A stretch of DNA of 45,931 bases from Mitosporidium daphniae (taxonomy: Eukaryota), in assembly GCF_000760515.2 (NCBI RefSeq), contig NW_013546534.1, positions 1 through 45,931 of the forward strand, in the 5' to 3' direction. Made by a program: the position numbers and the translations under genes. This document shows, piece by piece, positions 1-10,696 of the stretch. The first letter of the stretch is position 1, and each line of letters opens with the position of its first letter. Under the pieces are notes generated by a model that saw only the letters and a list, made by a program, of their open reading frames with translations, was not told the DNA's origin and did no database searches.

Positions 1-702
1 TAAAAAGCTCCACTTCAGCAAAAAAGGAGCCGCAGTGTATACTAAAGATCGAAGGTTATAAAATGGATTCGCAATGGTGACAGATGTAATTTCAGGGTGT
101 TTTGAAGCCAAATAAAGAGCTGGATATGCTCCAAGAGAATGCCCATACAGATAAATGGGGCAATCCTGAAGGTTGAAATCTTTTCTTTTGTCCATAGCAT
201 GCGAGAAAGCAGCTTCTGCGTCCACTTCTATTTGCTTATCTGAAGGGCGTAAGAAAGTGTTACTTTCGCCAAAACTTCGATAATCTGAAATAAAAACATG
301 AGAGACGTCCAAGTGTTTGCAAAAAGCATCGGCCATATAAAGATACGAATAGCAATTGTCAGAGTTTCCATGGAAATAGAGTAAAATTCCGTCACTCGCC
401 TCCGAATCATTCTTCCAAATTCCTTGAAAAGTTGCGCCATCTTTAGTTTTGATGGTTTCCAGTGCATACCCTTCATTTAGGCGTGCTTTTTTTTTACTAG
501 GTTTGCAAATAAAAAACCTTTGAAACAAGACGAAAATATATGAAAACAAAAAAATATATGATAACGAAAAAATATGCCTCAACGACAAAATAAATGGCAA
601 ATAGAAATATGAAAGCATTGTAAAGAAGTATTCTAATAAAACACTCCACAACCTGTTCCCAATCGATTCTAAAGAAACCTCGCCATCAAAATTGGCATCC
701 AT
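1..702 (-). CDS. Alpha/beta hydrolase, ABHD13/Bem46/ABHD17-like, with N-terminal hydrophobic segment; 3' end runs off the window
   Basis: Not in the ORF track. Hand translation from ATG 702 is open to position 1: MDANFDGEVS...YFYLPFILSLRHIFSLSYIFLFSYIFVLFQRFFICKP...GILLYFHGNSDN...FISDYRSFGES...PSDKQIEVDAEAA...IYLYGHSLGAYP. Contains the FHGN, DYRxxGxS and GxSxG nucleophile motifs. Confidence 0.88.
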   Translation of the reverse strand, partial: MDANFDGEVSLESIGNRLWSVLLEYFFTMLSYFYLPFILSLRHIFSLSYIFLFSYIFVLFQRFFICKPSKKKARLNEGYALETIKTKDGATFQGIWKNDSEASDGILLYFHGNSDNCYSYLYMADAFCKHLDVSHVFISDYRSFGESNTFLRPSDKQIEVDAEAAFSHAMDKRKDFNLQDCPIYLYGHSLGAYPALYLASKHPEITSVTIANPFYNLRSLVYTAAPFLLKWSFL

Positions 703-799
703 AATTCAAAAAAGACAGTAAATTAAAATTCAACCTCGGTTTGTGACTAAAATTCCAAAATCATCCAATCAAGTAAAGCAAATTTTTATACTTTATTGG

Positions 800-1290
800 A
801 CCCCAACCCTAAATCCCGAGATCGGTTGGCTGGAATCGAAAACGGTCGCCAACACGGCTGGCATTAGACAATGGAAGTTTACTTTTTCATTTGGATTATG
901 AAAACTCTCCAGACTCTTTGATACTTTGGAGAACAAAAAGTCATTATAAAAGATGTAGGAGCATCCCAAAGAGGGTGTAAATCAAGTTTTTGTTTGGGTG
1001 CCAATTTACGATGCATTAAAAGGTATGTTTGGGTTGAACTTTCTCAGCAAAGCAAACTCTCCTGAAATGTCAACGTTAGATTTAAATCTGAAATATGATT
1101 GACCTCCGTGTCTACATGGGAGCACAACCGAATGCGGTGCCCGCGGCCTGCCTGGATGAAATGTAAAAGGCTGCGGTAAAATAGAAGCCTTCATGACATT
1201 ATGACAAACGTTGCAAAGCGGGAACAATCGTTGCAAAGAATATCATCACGCCGGTGATAGGCGCATGCAACATATGCGCGGTTAGAGGCA
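800..1290 (+). ncRNA. Candidate structured non-coding RNA of unknown class
   Basis: No convincing ORF. A run of hairpins whose imperfect pairs are G-U on the + strand, e.g. 825-853, 1106-1119, 1141-1176, 1209-1220, 1241-1259, 1261-1279. AACCCTAA at 805-812. Confidence 0.35.
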
Positions 1291-1321
1291 AAAAATTGCA
1301 TCACTCGCATGAGGTTTGAAT

Positions 1322-4300
1322 TTACTCCAAAATGGAGCTGTAGTAGCTTAAATGTGGAGCAATGGAGTCTATGGTCTTCAGAAGCTTCAATCTATTGCCA
1401 AGGATTGTGGAAGACAGTCTCGAGGTTGCAGTATTGAGGAAAATGCTGCTTTTCATGCAATTGAGAATCGTGACAATTGAGTTCTTGTCCTCAACAGCAC
1501 CCACATTGCTGATCATAACTGCCAGCCGTTCAATCAAGCAGGACAACATCTCCAAGTGCCGCGATTCTGCATACGGAATCGATGCCAAAGCCGATGCTGA
1601 TGCTGATGCCGATGCCGATGCCGATGCCGATGCCGATGCCGATGCCGATGCCGATGCCGATGCCGATGCCGATGCCGATGCCGAGAGTAACGCCTTTTCT
1701 CGGTCTTCAATTGTGGAGACCAGTGGAATCCCTTTTTTCTCGATTTTTGAAATGGCAAAAGAGAGGCTTTTAACCAGGTTTTTCACTATCAGCTTCATCC
1801 GATCTTTCACAAAAGAGTAGCAACACGAAGTGATCGAGCAAAGGGTTTCCAGAGCCGCTATGAAAAGAGATGCGTCATCTGCATGCTTCAAGGATGCAAG
1901 CAGCGGAGGCCAAATTGTCGAATGCAGCAGCGGAAATAGCTCCTTTGAATATGGAAGGTCAAAGGGCGAACAACCTTGGCATCTTTTTGCCCCATAAGCA
2001 ATGGCAAAATAGCCAAAAAGGTTGGTTACAATCTTAAATGCTACGAGTCTTATTTGACAGTGGTCACTGCAAAGAAATTGAGATACTACGGGCAAGACGA
2101 GCATAATAAACCTATCGACTCTCCTTGATTGTTCAGAACAAAAATCTGCATCTGCATCAGTGGAGACTTGTTTTTGCAGGTCAGATGGAGAAACCTCAAG
2201 GCTTGCTGAATTGGCATTTGTAAATGATTGCCTCAATGCCTGCACGGTCTCCGTTGAAAATAAAGTGCACTCATTTGCGGCCAATTGGGCTTCAACAGGC
2301 CCCTCTCGCTTAAATACCGAAGAATTGGATAGTGTCCAAATGATGTCAAGGAACTCGGTAACCACCGCAGAATGATGTTGATGGTCCTCCAGAATTGAAA
2401 GGACCTTATCGAGCAATGGGATATTGGGGAGCACAATCTCATAAATACAAATGTGCGACGAAAATAAAGGCCTCAATATGCTGGAAATGTGCATCATTTT
2501 GGCGATCAGAACATCTTCGGGCAACTCGTCTTGGCAACTTTCGCTTAGGAAGACGGAACTGAGCAAAAAGTGGGTGTTTTTGGAAAGAAATAAAGAAATG
2601 CCCTCGATATCGCAGGAAAAATTGCTAAACCTGGAAAGCTTTCCCAAAATGGAAAACGAAAGCGAGGCAAGGATATCTTTGTATGCACTCTCAAAGTAGC
2701 TGGGACTGCCCCAAAATTGCAAAAGCTTCGGGATCAAACAAAACAGCACGTCGGATTTGCACAAAACCTCATCTTCCATTTGGGAAAATACGTTCAGCGC
2801 CGCCACAATATTGTTACATTGGTGATTGCACCAACAAGACGTGCTTGTGCCAATGGATAGCGAAGAAATGTTTAAAAGAGTTTCTGCTCTACAAACAGGG
2901 GCGATGGGGATTTTGATGTCGCGCGATTTTATCTTTGGTGACTCCAGCGAGAAAATGGGAACATCTGAGGACAGCTTTTTCAAATCCATCTCGAAAATCC
3001 GGTCGAAATCCCTGCAAATGCGTCGAAAGCACTTGTTGATGAGCGCAGCATTTTTCTCGCATGAAATCAAGTACCATATCAAAGGGGAGGAAAAATCAAA
3101 ACACATGCGATCTTTAAAGCACATGATTTTGGTGAAAATCACCCCAACCAGTCGGGAAAGGTCTGGAAACGTGTAAAAACTGGACGCCTTGACACAAATC
3201 CGGATCGCATCAACTCTGGAATCGTAGAACAAACAGCAATGTTTTTGGAAAATGTTGACAATGTCAGCAATCACACCAGTGGAAACTAATGGCTCAATAG
3301 TGATCACTGAATGGATAACTTGCAACTTTTCGCCAACAAGCGTTTCAAGGGAACAACCAAGCGAGGAATCGTCGTCAAAAATTGCATCGAGATCTCTCAC
3401 GTGTGCGTGCAAGATGTTTTCTAAATCTTTAGAAAAAACTGCAAGCCGAGAAAACAGCAAACAGGAAAAGGTTGAGGGGCACCCAGAAACCAAAAAGGCC
3501 CTAATCAGAATTTGGCTCCGCAACGGAAGCAACATGGTGGGGCATGTCAGCAGAAGAGTGACAACGGACACAAGTAAATGGCCAAAAACAAAGCACATTT
3601 TGTTGAGGATCGACATAAGCGTGGACAACAGCGGAAGTATTTTGCGCTGGCAATTTTCGAACCAATGCAAATCCTTTCTGATGACCTTGGGAAGCGAGTT
3701 CAAAAAGGGCGTCCTAGCTGGCTTCGCGTCTGCATCACAGACCGCTGCCTGGCAGGCATCTGGGGAAATGGCCTTATAGACCTCGTCAGATAAGGTGTGG
3801 AAGATCCATACCTCAAACACCTTGATCGATAATGTGGTAATCTCTGATGGATTGGAGGCAATGCAATCCTTTTGAAGCCACTTTGAGACTGAAGAGATTA
3901 CGCCAGGTAAACACTGGGGAAGGAACCCTTCCTTTTCTGCAAGAGCCAAATTTGGCAAAAGCATCAGGATTTTCAATAGTGGCGCCGCGTCTCTGGCGAT
4001 GGCCCTGTGTTTCGGCAGCTTGTCGAGAAAACTAATCACCTGGAATGTAAGCATGAAAAGCAGCGGATGGCATTCAATTCCAAACGAAAAGTCAACCAAA
4101 AAGGGCTCAAGGGTATATGGATCAAGGGGGTCTTTTCCAGAAAACGAGGCCAATTTACTTGCATCCAAAATAGGCGGCTCTTCTCCCAGATTTCCCCGTA
4201 GCGTTCTGTAGATGCAACGTACCAACGGTTCCGGGGTGTATGTGAGCTTTGACCAAATACGAACAAGAATGCTCAAGCCGTTAAGTTTATCGCGCTTGGA

Positions 4301-4426
4301 CAATGGATTGGATCGTAATACGTCAAAAAAGGTTTCCAAAACCGTCTCCAAAAATGCCTTGTCAACATTTTCGTCAATGGAGCAGGCAAATGTGGCGAGT
4401 TTTTCCAGAATTGGTCCAAATAGCAT
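1322..4426 (-). CDS. TTI1: TELO2-interacting protein 1 (TTT complex, HEAT-like repeats), 1034 aa, intronless
   Basis: Long Leu-rich helical ORF. Motifs [13 protein letters not shown] and [17 protein letters not shown]...FVKDRM resemble TTI1 (FLPGIxSxL; LLPxxHxxWPxL...FLxxRF). Size is typical for the family. Confidence 0.72.
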   Translation of the reverse strand: MLFGPILEKLATFACSIDENVDKAFLETVLETFFDVLRSNPLSKRDKLNGLSILVRIWSKLTYTPEPLVRCIYRTLRGNLGEEPPILDASKLASFSGKDPLDPYTLEPFLVDFSFGIECHPLLFMLTFQVISFLDKLPKHRAIARDAAPLLKILMLLPNLALAEKEGFLPQCLPGVISSVSKWLQKDCIASNPSEITTLSIKVFEVWIFHTLSDEVYKAISPDACQAAVCDADAKPARTPFLNSLPKVIRKDLHWFENCQRKILPLLSTLMSILNKMCFVFGHLLVSVVTLLLTCPTMLLPLRSQILIRAFLVSGCPSTFSCLLFSRLAVFSKDLENILHAHVRDLDAIFDDDSSLGCSLETLVGEKLQVIHSVITIEPLVSTGVIADIVNIFQKHCCLFYDSRVDAIRICVKASSFYTFPDLSRLVGVIFTKIMCFKDRMCFDFSSPLIWYLISCEKNAALINKCFRRICRDFDRIFEMDLKKLSSDVPIFSLESPKIKSRDIKIPIAPVCRAETLLNISSLSIGTSTSCWCNHQCNNIVAALNVFSQMEDEVLCKSDVLFCLIPKLLQFWGSPSYFESAYKDILASLSFSILGKLSRFSNFSCDIEGISLFLSKNTHFLLSSVFLSESCQDELPEDVLIAKMMHISSILRPLFSSHICIYEIVLPNIPLLDKVLSILEDHQHHSAVVTEFLDIIWTLSNSSVFKREGPVEAQLAANECTLFSTETVQALRQSFTNANSASLEVSPSDLQKQVSTDADADFCSEQSRRVDRFIMLVLPVVSQFLCSDHCQIRLVAFKIVTNLFGYFAIAYGAKRCQGCSPFDLPYSKELFPLLHSTIWPPLLASLKHADDASLFIAALETLCSITSCCYSFVKDRMKLIVKNLVKSLSFAISKIEKKGIPLVSTIEDREKALLSASASASASASASASASASASASASASASASALASIPYAESRHLEMLSCLIERLAVMISNVGAVEDKNSIVTILNCMKSSIFLNTATSRLSSTILGNRLKLLKTIDSIAPHLSYYSSILE
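1593..1682. repeat. Hexanucleotide microsatellite (GATGCY)x15 inside TTI1, encoding a poly(Ser-Ala) tract
   Basis: 2x GATGCT followed by 13x GATGCC, seen directly. Confidence 0.97.
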
Positions 4427-4468
4427 GCCGGCAAATTAAATTTTTAATTTTGCAAATTAGTGCCCTCA
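4427..4468. promoter_or_regulatory. 42-bp AT-rich bidirectional promoter region between TTI1 and the PPR gene
   Basis: Divergent ATGs at 4426 and 4469 flank GCCGGCAAATTAAATTTTTAATTTTGCAAATTAGTGCCCTCA. Confidence 0.65.
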
Positions 4469-6980
4469 ATGCCGTTTATTTTAAAACGCATAGGCATTGA
4501 AAGTAAAGGCAGGAGCAAGCCCTTTTATAGCTCTACATGTCAGTACGGCAAAAACTCCAGGGGCAAGCAGGGAACATATTTGGAAAGCTTACTTGGCGCC
4601 AGAAATTCAATTAAAATCGAGCAAACCCCATCTTCTCCTCGCTCTTCTTCCCTTCCTTCGAATGGTTTGCGTGAAAAGGCTTCCCATCCCTCGGCAAGAA
4701 AATATATCCACTCGCTCTACTTGTCTAAACTTGAGGCATCTAAGAAAAATGGCGATGCATGGCTTGCAAAGCAAAATTTTGTCAAAATGCAACTTGATGG
4801 CATTGTTCCGACGTCCGAAATGTGCGAGCTTTTAATTCAAACGTTTGCCTTCCACGTGGCCAATTCTTCGGCACGCACATTTGAAGCATCTCCAGAGCTC
4901 GTTGTAAAGGATCCAGTTGCCTATGAGCTTGGTCTGCAGGCTCTTGAGGTTTATTCGCTCATGCTTAGCAAAGGCATTCCCGTTACCGCGGTATTTGTGA
5001 AATACTTCTATTTCCTGCTCGAACATACGGGCGATTTGGAGCTGCTTTTTTGGATCGTTCCAAATCCAGATGCCAGTGTTGTGATGACGTACGAGTCTAA
5101 AAGCATTTCAGACCGGCTAAAGGTATCAAGCGATGCGCACATTTGTGATGCCAACTTTGACGAGAAATGCGATGATCAAGCTGAGCGGTTTGCAATGGAT
5201 GGAAAAGTAGGCGCCTCCTCCCGATTGGCACCCTGTTCTGCTGGAACGCACCTGGGCGAAAAAGACCACGAAACTGCCCTTCTTGGCTATTCGCAGCCAT
5301 TTTCCAACCAAACACAGACTGCTGGTGGCGGAAAATACGACATCAAATTCTCTGAATTGCCACATGAAATTAGATGTCAACAGGGCCCAGCCTCGACGCT
5401 GTCTCCCTCAGATCACATATGGCTCATTACGGAGATCTTCAAAAAGTACACTAAAAGGCTAAATTTTTTCTTCATGATGTCGCACTTGCTGTACTCCCTT
5501 AAGCTCATCGAGAAAGAAGGAGATTCGCTGCCCGGTATATGCGGCTCTTTCTCCAAAGGCTTGCCAACCCAGCTGCTGGCATCAAAGGAGCTCTCGCTGC
5601 TGATTTCACATTGGATGCAATGGCTACGCAGTAGGATTTTCCCCACCTTAACAAAGATGCGACGCATCTCCTTGATGTCCTTCATTTTCGGTACGTTTTG
5701 ATTTTGCTTTTCTAGGCACCATTGGAATATTGCAAGGCTCGATCTTTGTTGTCCCAGTGCCGACGTTTTCAGAGTTCATCAAGTACTGTGACAAGCTGCT
5801 TGTTGACCGGTATTTGTCTGTGACCGCATTTAGAGGGCCCTCAAAGTTTTGCCTCTCAACTTCTGGCGCCGTTGACCTCTCTTCGTTTGTCCTACCTCTT
5901 GCCCGTGATATTGGATACTCGATATATGGCACCTGCATGCCTTCAAGCTCCAATGCAGCCCACTCGCACCACCCGCTGTATGAGCCGTCATTCCACGCAC
6001 TTGTCATGAGTTGCTTTCTCAGGCTGCAATGCAATAAGGCTGCAATCGAATATTTCCAGCTTTTTTGCCTGCCACACACGTTTATTTGCTATGACCCGAG
6101 CATTAATGCGCTTCTGTTGAAGGCCCTAATTGAGACGGGGCAGGATGCAAGGGCTTTGAAAAGCTTCCACTATCTCCAAACATACGAGTCCAAAATGCAG
6201 GCCGCACTACAAAGAGACCTCAATTCAAAGGCCACCAAGGATGAATACCGGCCAATAAGCCCGTTGCTGCCCGCGCTTTCTGTGATTTTCCCTGTTGTGA
6301 TTTCGTCTGGAAAAATGCGAATGGCGGTTTTTCTGTTCCAAAAGTATGTGCTTCCATATAAGCCGCTGATTGGATTTGAAGGCGACTGCCCTTTTTCTGT
6401 TCCCTATTCTGACCTCAAACCGCAAAACTTGTCTTGCAAAAAAACCGCTGTAGCTCCGGAAAATAGTGACCTTTCCGCCAAGCCGGCTGCTGTTCAGAAC
6501 GACGGTTCCTCCTCTACGTCATTTGGGCTATACCCATATGAGATGTTTATAATTTACTCGATTTTTCACTCAAGAATCGGCAAGCGGATGGTGGACGACC
6601 AAAGTGGCCAGCAAAAATCTTCTCTTTTGCCGTCTGATGTTAGGCTTTTGCACCTGCTGCTGCTTTGGCTACAACAATGGGCATTGGTACCCCAGGTCCA
6701 GGAAATCCTAACCCACAACAACCTTCTTGGATGCCTGATCAAGACCCTTGAAAGCATCACTGGATCCCCTCCTAACCTCTCTCAAAACGTTGTCTCGTTT
6801 AGAATGGACCCGTGCTCTTCACACATTGAAGAGGACTTGAACTGCTCGCTGAAGATTCTAAAAAGAATGCAGGAAAAGAAACACTTGTATTCTGCTTTAT
6901 TGTTTAGCTACAAATGGTGCGACTTTAAATTCAACCCGTTCAGCATTGTGGTTCAGAGGGCCAAATCTGACTCTATTTAA
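4469..6980 (+). CDS. Pentatricopeptide-repeat-like protein, probably mitochondrial, ~828 aa, one intron
   Basis: The two ORFs join in frame through a 25-nt intron 5691-5715 (GTACGT...TCTAG). PPR-like helices: FVKMQLDGIVPTSEMCELLIQTF, ALEVYSLMLSKGIP, INALLLKALIETGQDARALKSFHYL. Basic N-terminus. Confidence 0.62.
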
Positions 6981-7012
6981 TTATAAATGTCCAAATACAA
7001 GGCCAAATGGGA

Positions 7013-7240
7013 TTATGCCATAAAATCCAATCTGCGCCTCGAGGTCGAAGTAGTAGGTGCTCTGCGCTGGTCCTCAGAAGAGGCCAAAGGATCAGGCCTA
7101 TCGGCGCCACTGGCAGGTTGTCTGGTAGGCGATTCGTGGCCTCCACCGTTGATGCAAAATGTCAATTTTTCCATCACACTGGGGTTGTTTTGTATGGAAT
7201 TGGGCGGAGGAAGATATGTTGGCAGCGAGGGTCTAAGCAT
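7013..7240 (-). CDS. Possible 75-aa disordered micro-protein
   Basis: ATG ORF just downstream of an AT-rich promoter-like tract (7261-7310). ATTAAA-like signal after the stop. No homology recognised. Confidence 0.35.
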   Translation of the reverse strand: MLRPSLPTYLPPPNSIQNNPSVMEKLTFCINGGGHESPTRQPASGADRPDPLASSEDQRRAPTTSTSRRRLDFMA

Positions 7241-7356
7241 GTGTTGATGAATGGGCCGGTGTAAAATTTAAAATCTGCCAGGCAAATATTACAAACATTT
7301 TACTAAATAGCAGCCCGATTGGAATGAAGGCCGGTGCATTGGACGCCTGTGAATTC

Positions 7357-7440
7357 AAATCAAATACATGCCCATTGAAATCAAATACATGCCCATTGAA
7401 ATCAAATACATGCCCATTGAAATCGAATACATGTCCATTG
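7357..7440. repeat. 21-bp tandem repeat x4 (AAATCAAATACATGCCCATTG)
   Basis: Three perfect copies and one copy with 2 mismatches, intergenic. Confidence 0.95.
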
Positions 7441-7485
7441 AAAACGAGTCACCAAGCAGGCAACAATTGGAAACTGTATCCCTTT

Positions 7486-8565
7486 TTACAGATTAAAATC
7501 GACTAGCGAGACAGAGCTTCTATCGCTCAATGCTATAATTGATCCGGTTATCCAAGATATCTGCTGTACTTCGCTTTTTGAGGAGAATGTCCGGTACGCC
7601 TCAAACTCAACCAAGCTCTCCGTTTGTTGGAGGCAAGTAGAGGTATCCCAAATTAAAAGCTGCCCATCGTCTGCACCAGACGCAGCAAGCTTGGGGTTTC
7701 TGGGCGACCAGCATATGTCATTTATGATTCCGGCATGCCCGTCCAGCTCGGCAACAGGAACTGACGGCACTCTTGTGTCCAGCAAAATGGCGTTTTGGGA
7801 GTATATTCCAAAAGCAACCAAATAGTGCGAGTCAAGTGTGTTCCAACACACCCGTAATAACGGATCACTTTCTTCATACAAAATTGTCGAGTGGTCCAGG
7901 TGCCTCAGGTCAAATATGCGTATGCTCCCGTCTCCGCCAGCTGTCGCAAATAGATGGGCAGAGTTTGCAAACGAAATATCAAACACCTGCTTGTCGTGTG
8001 CAATCAGTTGTGTCTTCACCTGGCCGTTCTAGGGAAAGATCAGTTATCAATGAAATACCTCGACATCCCAAATGGTGCAAGTGGTATCGATCGATGCCGC
8101 TCCCAGCATGGAGGCCTCTACTGGATTCCACGCAATGGCTGTGATTGGCGCGCTGGCATTTGGAGGCAGTTTCCTCTAATATAAAAAAACCCTGCATACT
8201 GCAATGCCGGTGCATAGGCGAAGAGGATTCTCAAAGCTATCGCCAGAGATTTTGTATACATTTATCATTTGGCTACAAGAAGCAAGAAGTCCAGAGGAGG
8301 ACCATTTCAGTTGGCAGGGAGGAAAGTCGTGCTTCAGGTCGCAGATCTTTTGTGCCTCTTGAATTGAAGAAATGTTATAAAGCGAAATAAAGTTTTCCCG
8401 GTCTTGGATGAAGCTGCCCACGGCCATCGTGTCCTGATGGACCGAAAGGGCAAAGGGCTGCCAGGGCAGGTCTATCGTGCCCAACTCCCTGCCATATACG
8501 CTCTCGATGTGGTCTGAGGTTTGTGTCTGCGGAGAAGAGGGGCAGCATCGGTGGTCTGTTATCAT
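7486..8565 (-). CDS. DCAF7: DCAF7/WDR68/AN11-family WD40 protein; introns 8176-8199 (24 nt) and 8029-8058 (30 nt)
   Basis: Spliced translation gives [10 protein letters not shown]...[34 protein letters not shown]...[20 protein letters not shown], the family hallmark. Start ATG 8565 is inferred. Confidence 0.9.
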
Positions 8566-8795
8566 TATCGGTGCCGGAAAATACAAATTTTATTGGAAAT
8601 GATGTAATAATGTGATGTTACGCAATGTAAATAGTAATTTACAGCAACCGAAATTGGGAATTTACAACAACTGCAATTGGCAGTTTACCAGGCCCTAAAT
8701 TGGGGCTTTGCAACACAATAGCAGACAGGGTTGGGGTTAGGGTAGCAAACTGGTTGGAAAGCAATTGCCTTTTTTGACTATTTTAACTTGGAAAT

Positions 8796-10150
8796 TCATT
8801 TTTTTACAGTAAATGAGCTTGCGTTTTGGCCGCCCGTCGAGGAAACAAAGTCCAATGCACCCAGCCGTTTAAGAATGTCCTCGGATGTTCTTTTTTTGGT
8901 CCCAACTGCAGCCGTTGATATCATCAAGGTTGCAGATGATGCAAAAGACCGCGGCCCGCCTGTCGACAAAGCTGCCGGCAGGGTCTTTTCTTGCCCCTTG
9001 TTTGTGTCCACGACGTTGTTCTGTTCTCTCCATGACAAAAAGTCCAAAAGCTCCGGATCTTCAACATCGCTTTCTTTTTCGTCTTCATCATTGACAGCTA
9101 AATAAAATTACACACGTATACTTACACAGAGCGTGCAAAACGGCCATCGGAGATGAAAACCGGTGATTGTCCTCTTTTTGCGCGTCAACACTAGTAGCAG
9201 CCCTGCGTCCGTACTTCCTTTTAAGAGCAAGATTAGATAGGCGCGTTTGCTTTTTTTCTTCCAAAAGTCTGGCAATCATCTCAGATTCTTCCAGGGACTC
9301 TGAAATCATTTGCCGGGCAAACATCGACTGGTGCAATGACGATCCATCGTTCTTTCCATCCTCCTCATCGTCGATCAAGTCTTGAATTTCGCTGATAAAG
9401 TTAGAAGCTAACCCTGCTTCTTGCGAAATTTCATCGAAATCGTTGGGAACCTCCACACCTTCCTCCTCGGCCTCTTCATCAACATATGCTGACCGCCGGG
9501 CTGTCTTTTGCAGCTCCGAGGCAATCATCTTTATGTATGCCGAATTTCCTTTTTTAAACGCTGCCGATGGATCTACTTTTTTCTCTTCAACGGATTGATT
9601 GGCGCCAATCATAGCAGGGAGACTATTCTCCACTTCCTCTTCTTCGCTCTGTTCCTGATCGTCCGGATGTTCATTTTCTTCGCCTGAACTGATAGGATCG
9701 GAATATACTCTGTTCAACGCGGGGTTTTCGGCACTGGCCTCATAATTGTCGCTGCTTGGATCTGTTTGATCCTCAAGCCTTTCAGAGAAGGATTGTGCAT
9801 ACGTGTGTTCACCATGGTCTTTTAGTCTCCCATTTTTGTCGAAATCTCGATGGGTAGCATTGTCCTCTTCATCGGATGAAACGCTAAAGCAGGTGTTTTC
9901 CTTCTTTTCCTCCTCTTTACCCCAAATTGGTAGGGTGCCACTATTGTTTTGTCTCTTGGCTCTTGTGATTGCTTTTGCCCTAATTTTAGAAAGAGCGTCC
10001 GCCACTTTAAGAGGCTTGGCAACCAACAATGGGATTTTGATCGAAGATTCTAAACGTAAAAGGTTGACACGGCCCACCTCTAACTATGGCTTCTGACGCC
10101 TTGAAAAGGTCATTCAGAATGGTGGAGTGTTCCTCAATTGGCGGTTCCAT
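8796..10150 (-). CDS. Mrc1/Claspin-like replication-checkpoint mediator, ~432 aa; introns 10050-10077 and 9098-9125 (28 nt each)
   Basis: The spliced N-terminus LFKASEAIVRESSIKIP resembles the Claspin motif LHSETQRLIRESALNLP. The acidic block YVDEEAEEE...IQDLIDDEE resembles the MRC1 domain. Both introns restore the frame. Confidence 0.62.
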
Positions 10151-10414
10151 AAATTTTAAATGCATTCTTAATGTGTGGGTGGGTATTGAATTTTTGCGCC
10201 CATCACATACACATGCTATCGTCAGCGGCAAATACAGTCGCACCTTCAAGTTTCATGCACATGGTAACCGCAACAAATCTAAACGTCATCTGCGTCTGAA
10301 CTAGTACAATGTGCAAGGGCAACAACAAGAACAATTTACAATCAGCAGGCAATTTGAAGGAATTAATTGCAAGGGTGCAAAGTTTTTAATTTTACCCAAT
10401 TAAATTTAAATCGA

Positions 10415-10658
10415 ATGAACAGGCCGTTTGCCACCATAGCAACGATTGTGGTCGTTCCGACAGTACTAACGTGGGCTTTGAGGTCCGTCTTGCCATCGGA
10501 GAAAGATGTCTATGATGTACGGCCGTCTAGTTGTTTACAAATAGAGATTCCCCCCGGAGCTGAAAAGAAGAATTGCGGCCGAGGAGATGGAAATGGAGAA
10601 ACTAAACAAGGAAAGATTTTCTCTGATGTTTCCGGAGGATGGCCAACAAACCCTTTAG
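10415..10658 (+). CDS. Cbp4/UQCC3-like cytochrome bc1 assembly factor, 71 aa; intron 10517-10544 (28 nt)
   Basis: Spliced product MNRPFATIATIVVVPTVLTWALRSVLPSEKDVYDRFPPELKRRIAAEE. One TM helix followed by a PSExxxxxRFPPELK motif like Cbp4 PTDEELxxRLSPEL. Confidence 0.62.
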
Positions 10659-10696
10659 ATTTTTATTAAATGTTGTAAAATTTAAAATTTAATTTC

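Noticed and set aside
228..476. 82-aa minus-strand ORF in the ORF track
   Set aside because: Out-of-frame shadow of the hydrolase ORF 702 to 1, which carries the catalytic motifs.
1161..1176. GCCTTTTAC (U5 loop I motif) on the minus strand
   Set aside because: No closing stem or Sm site in the U5 arrangement; it is one arm of a + strand hairpin.
1362..1820. ORFs with poly(DA), poly(RH) and poly(MP) tracts
   Set aside because: Alternative-frame readings of the GATGCC microsatellite inside TTI1.
7357..7440. CRISPR-like array
   Set aside because: Repeats are contiguous with no spacers, there are no cas genes, and the context is eukaryotic.
10200..10300. Possible C/D snoRNA on the minus strand between the Mrc1-like and Cbp4-like genes
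   Set aside because: The C box is non-canonical and I could not identify a convincing rRNA guide.
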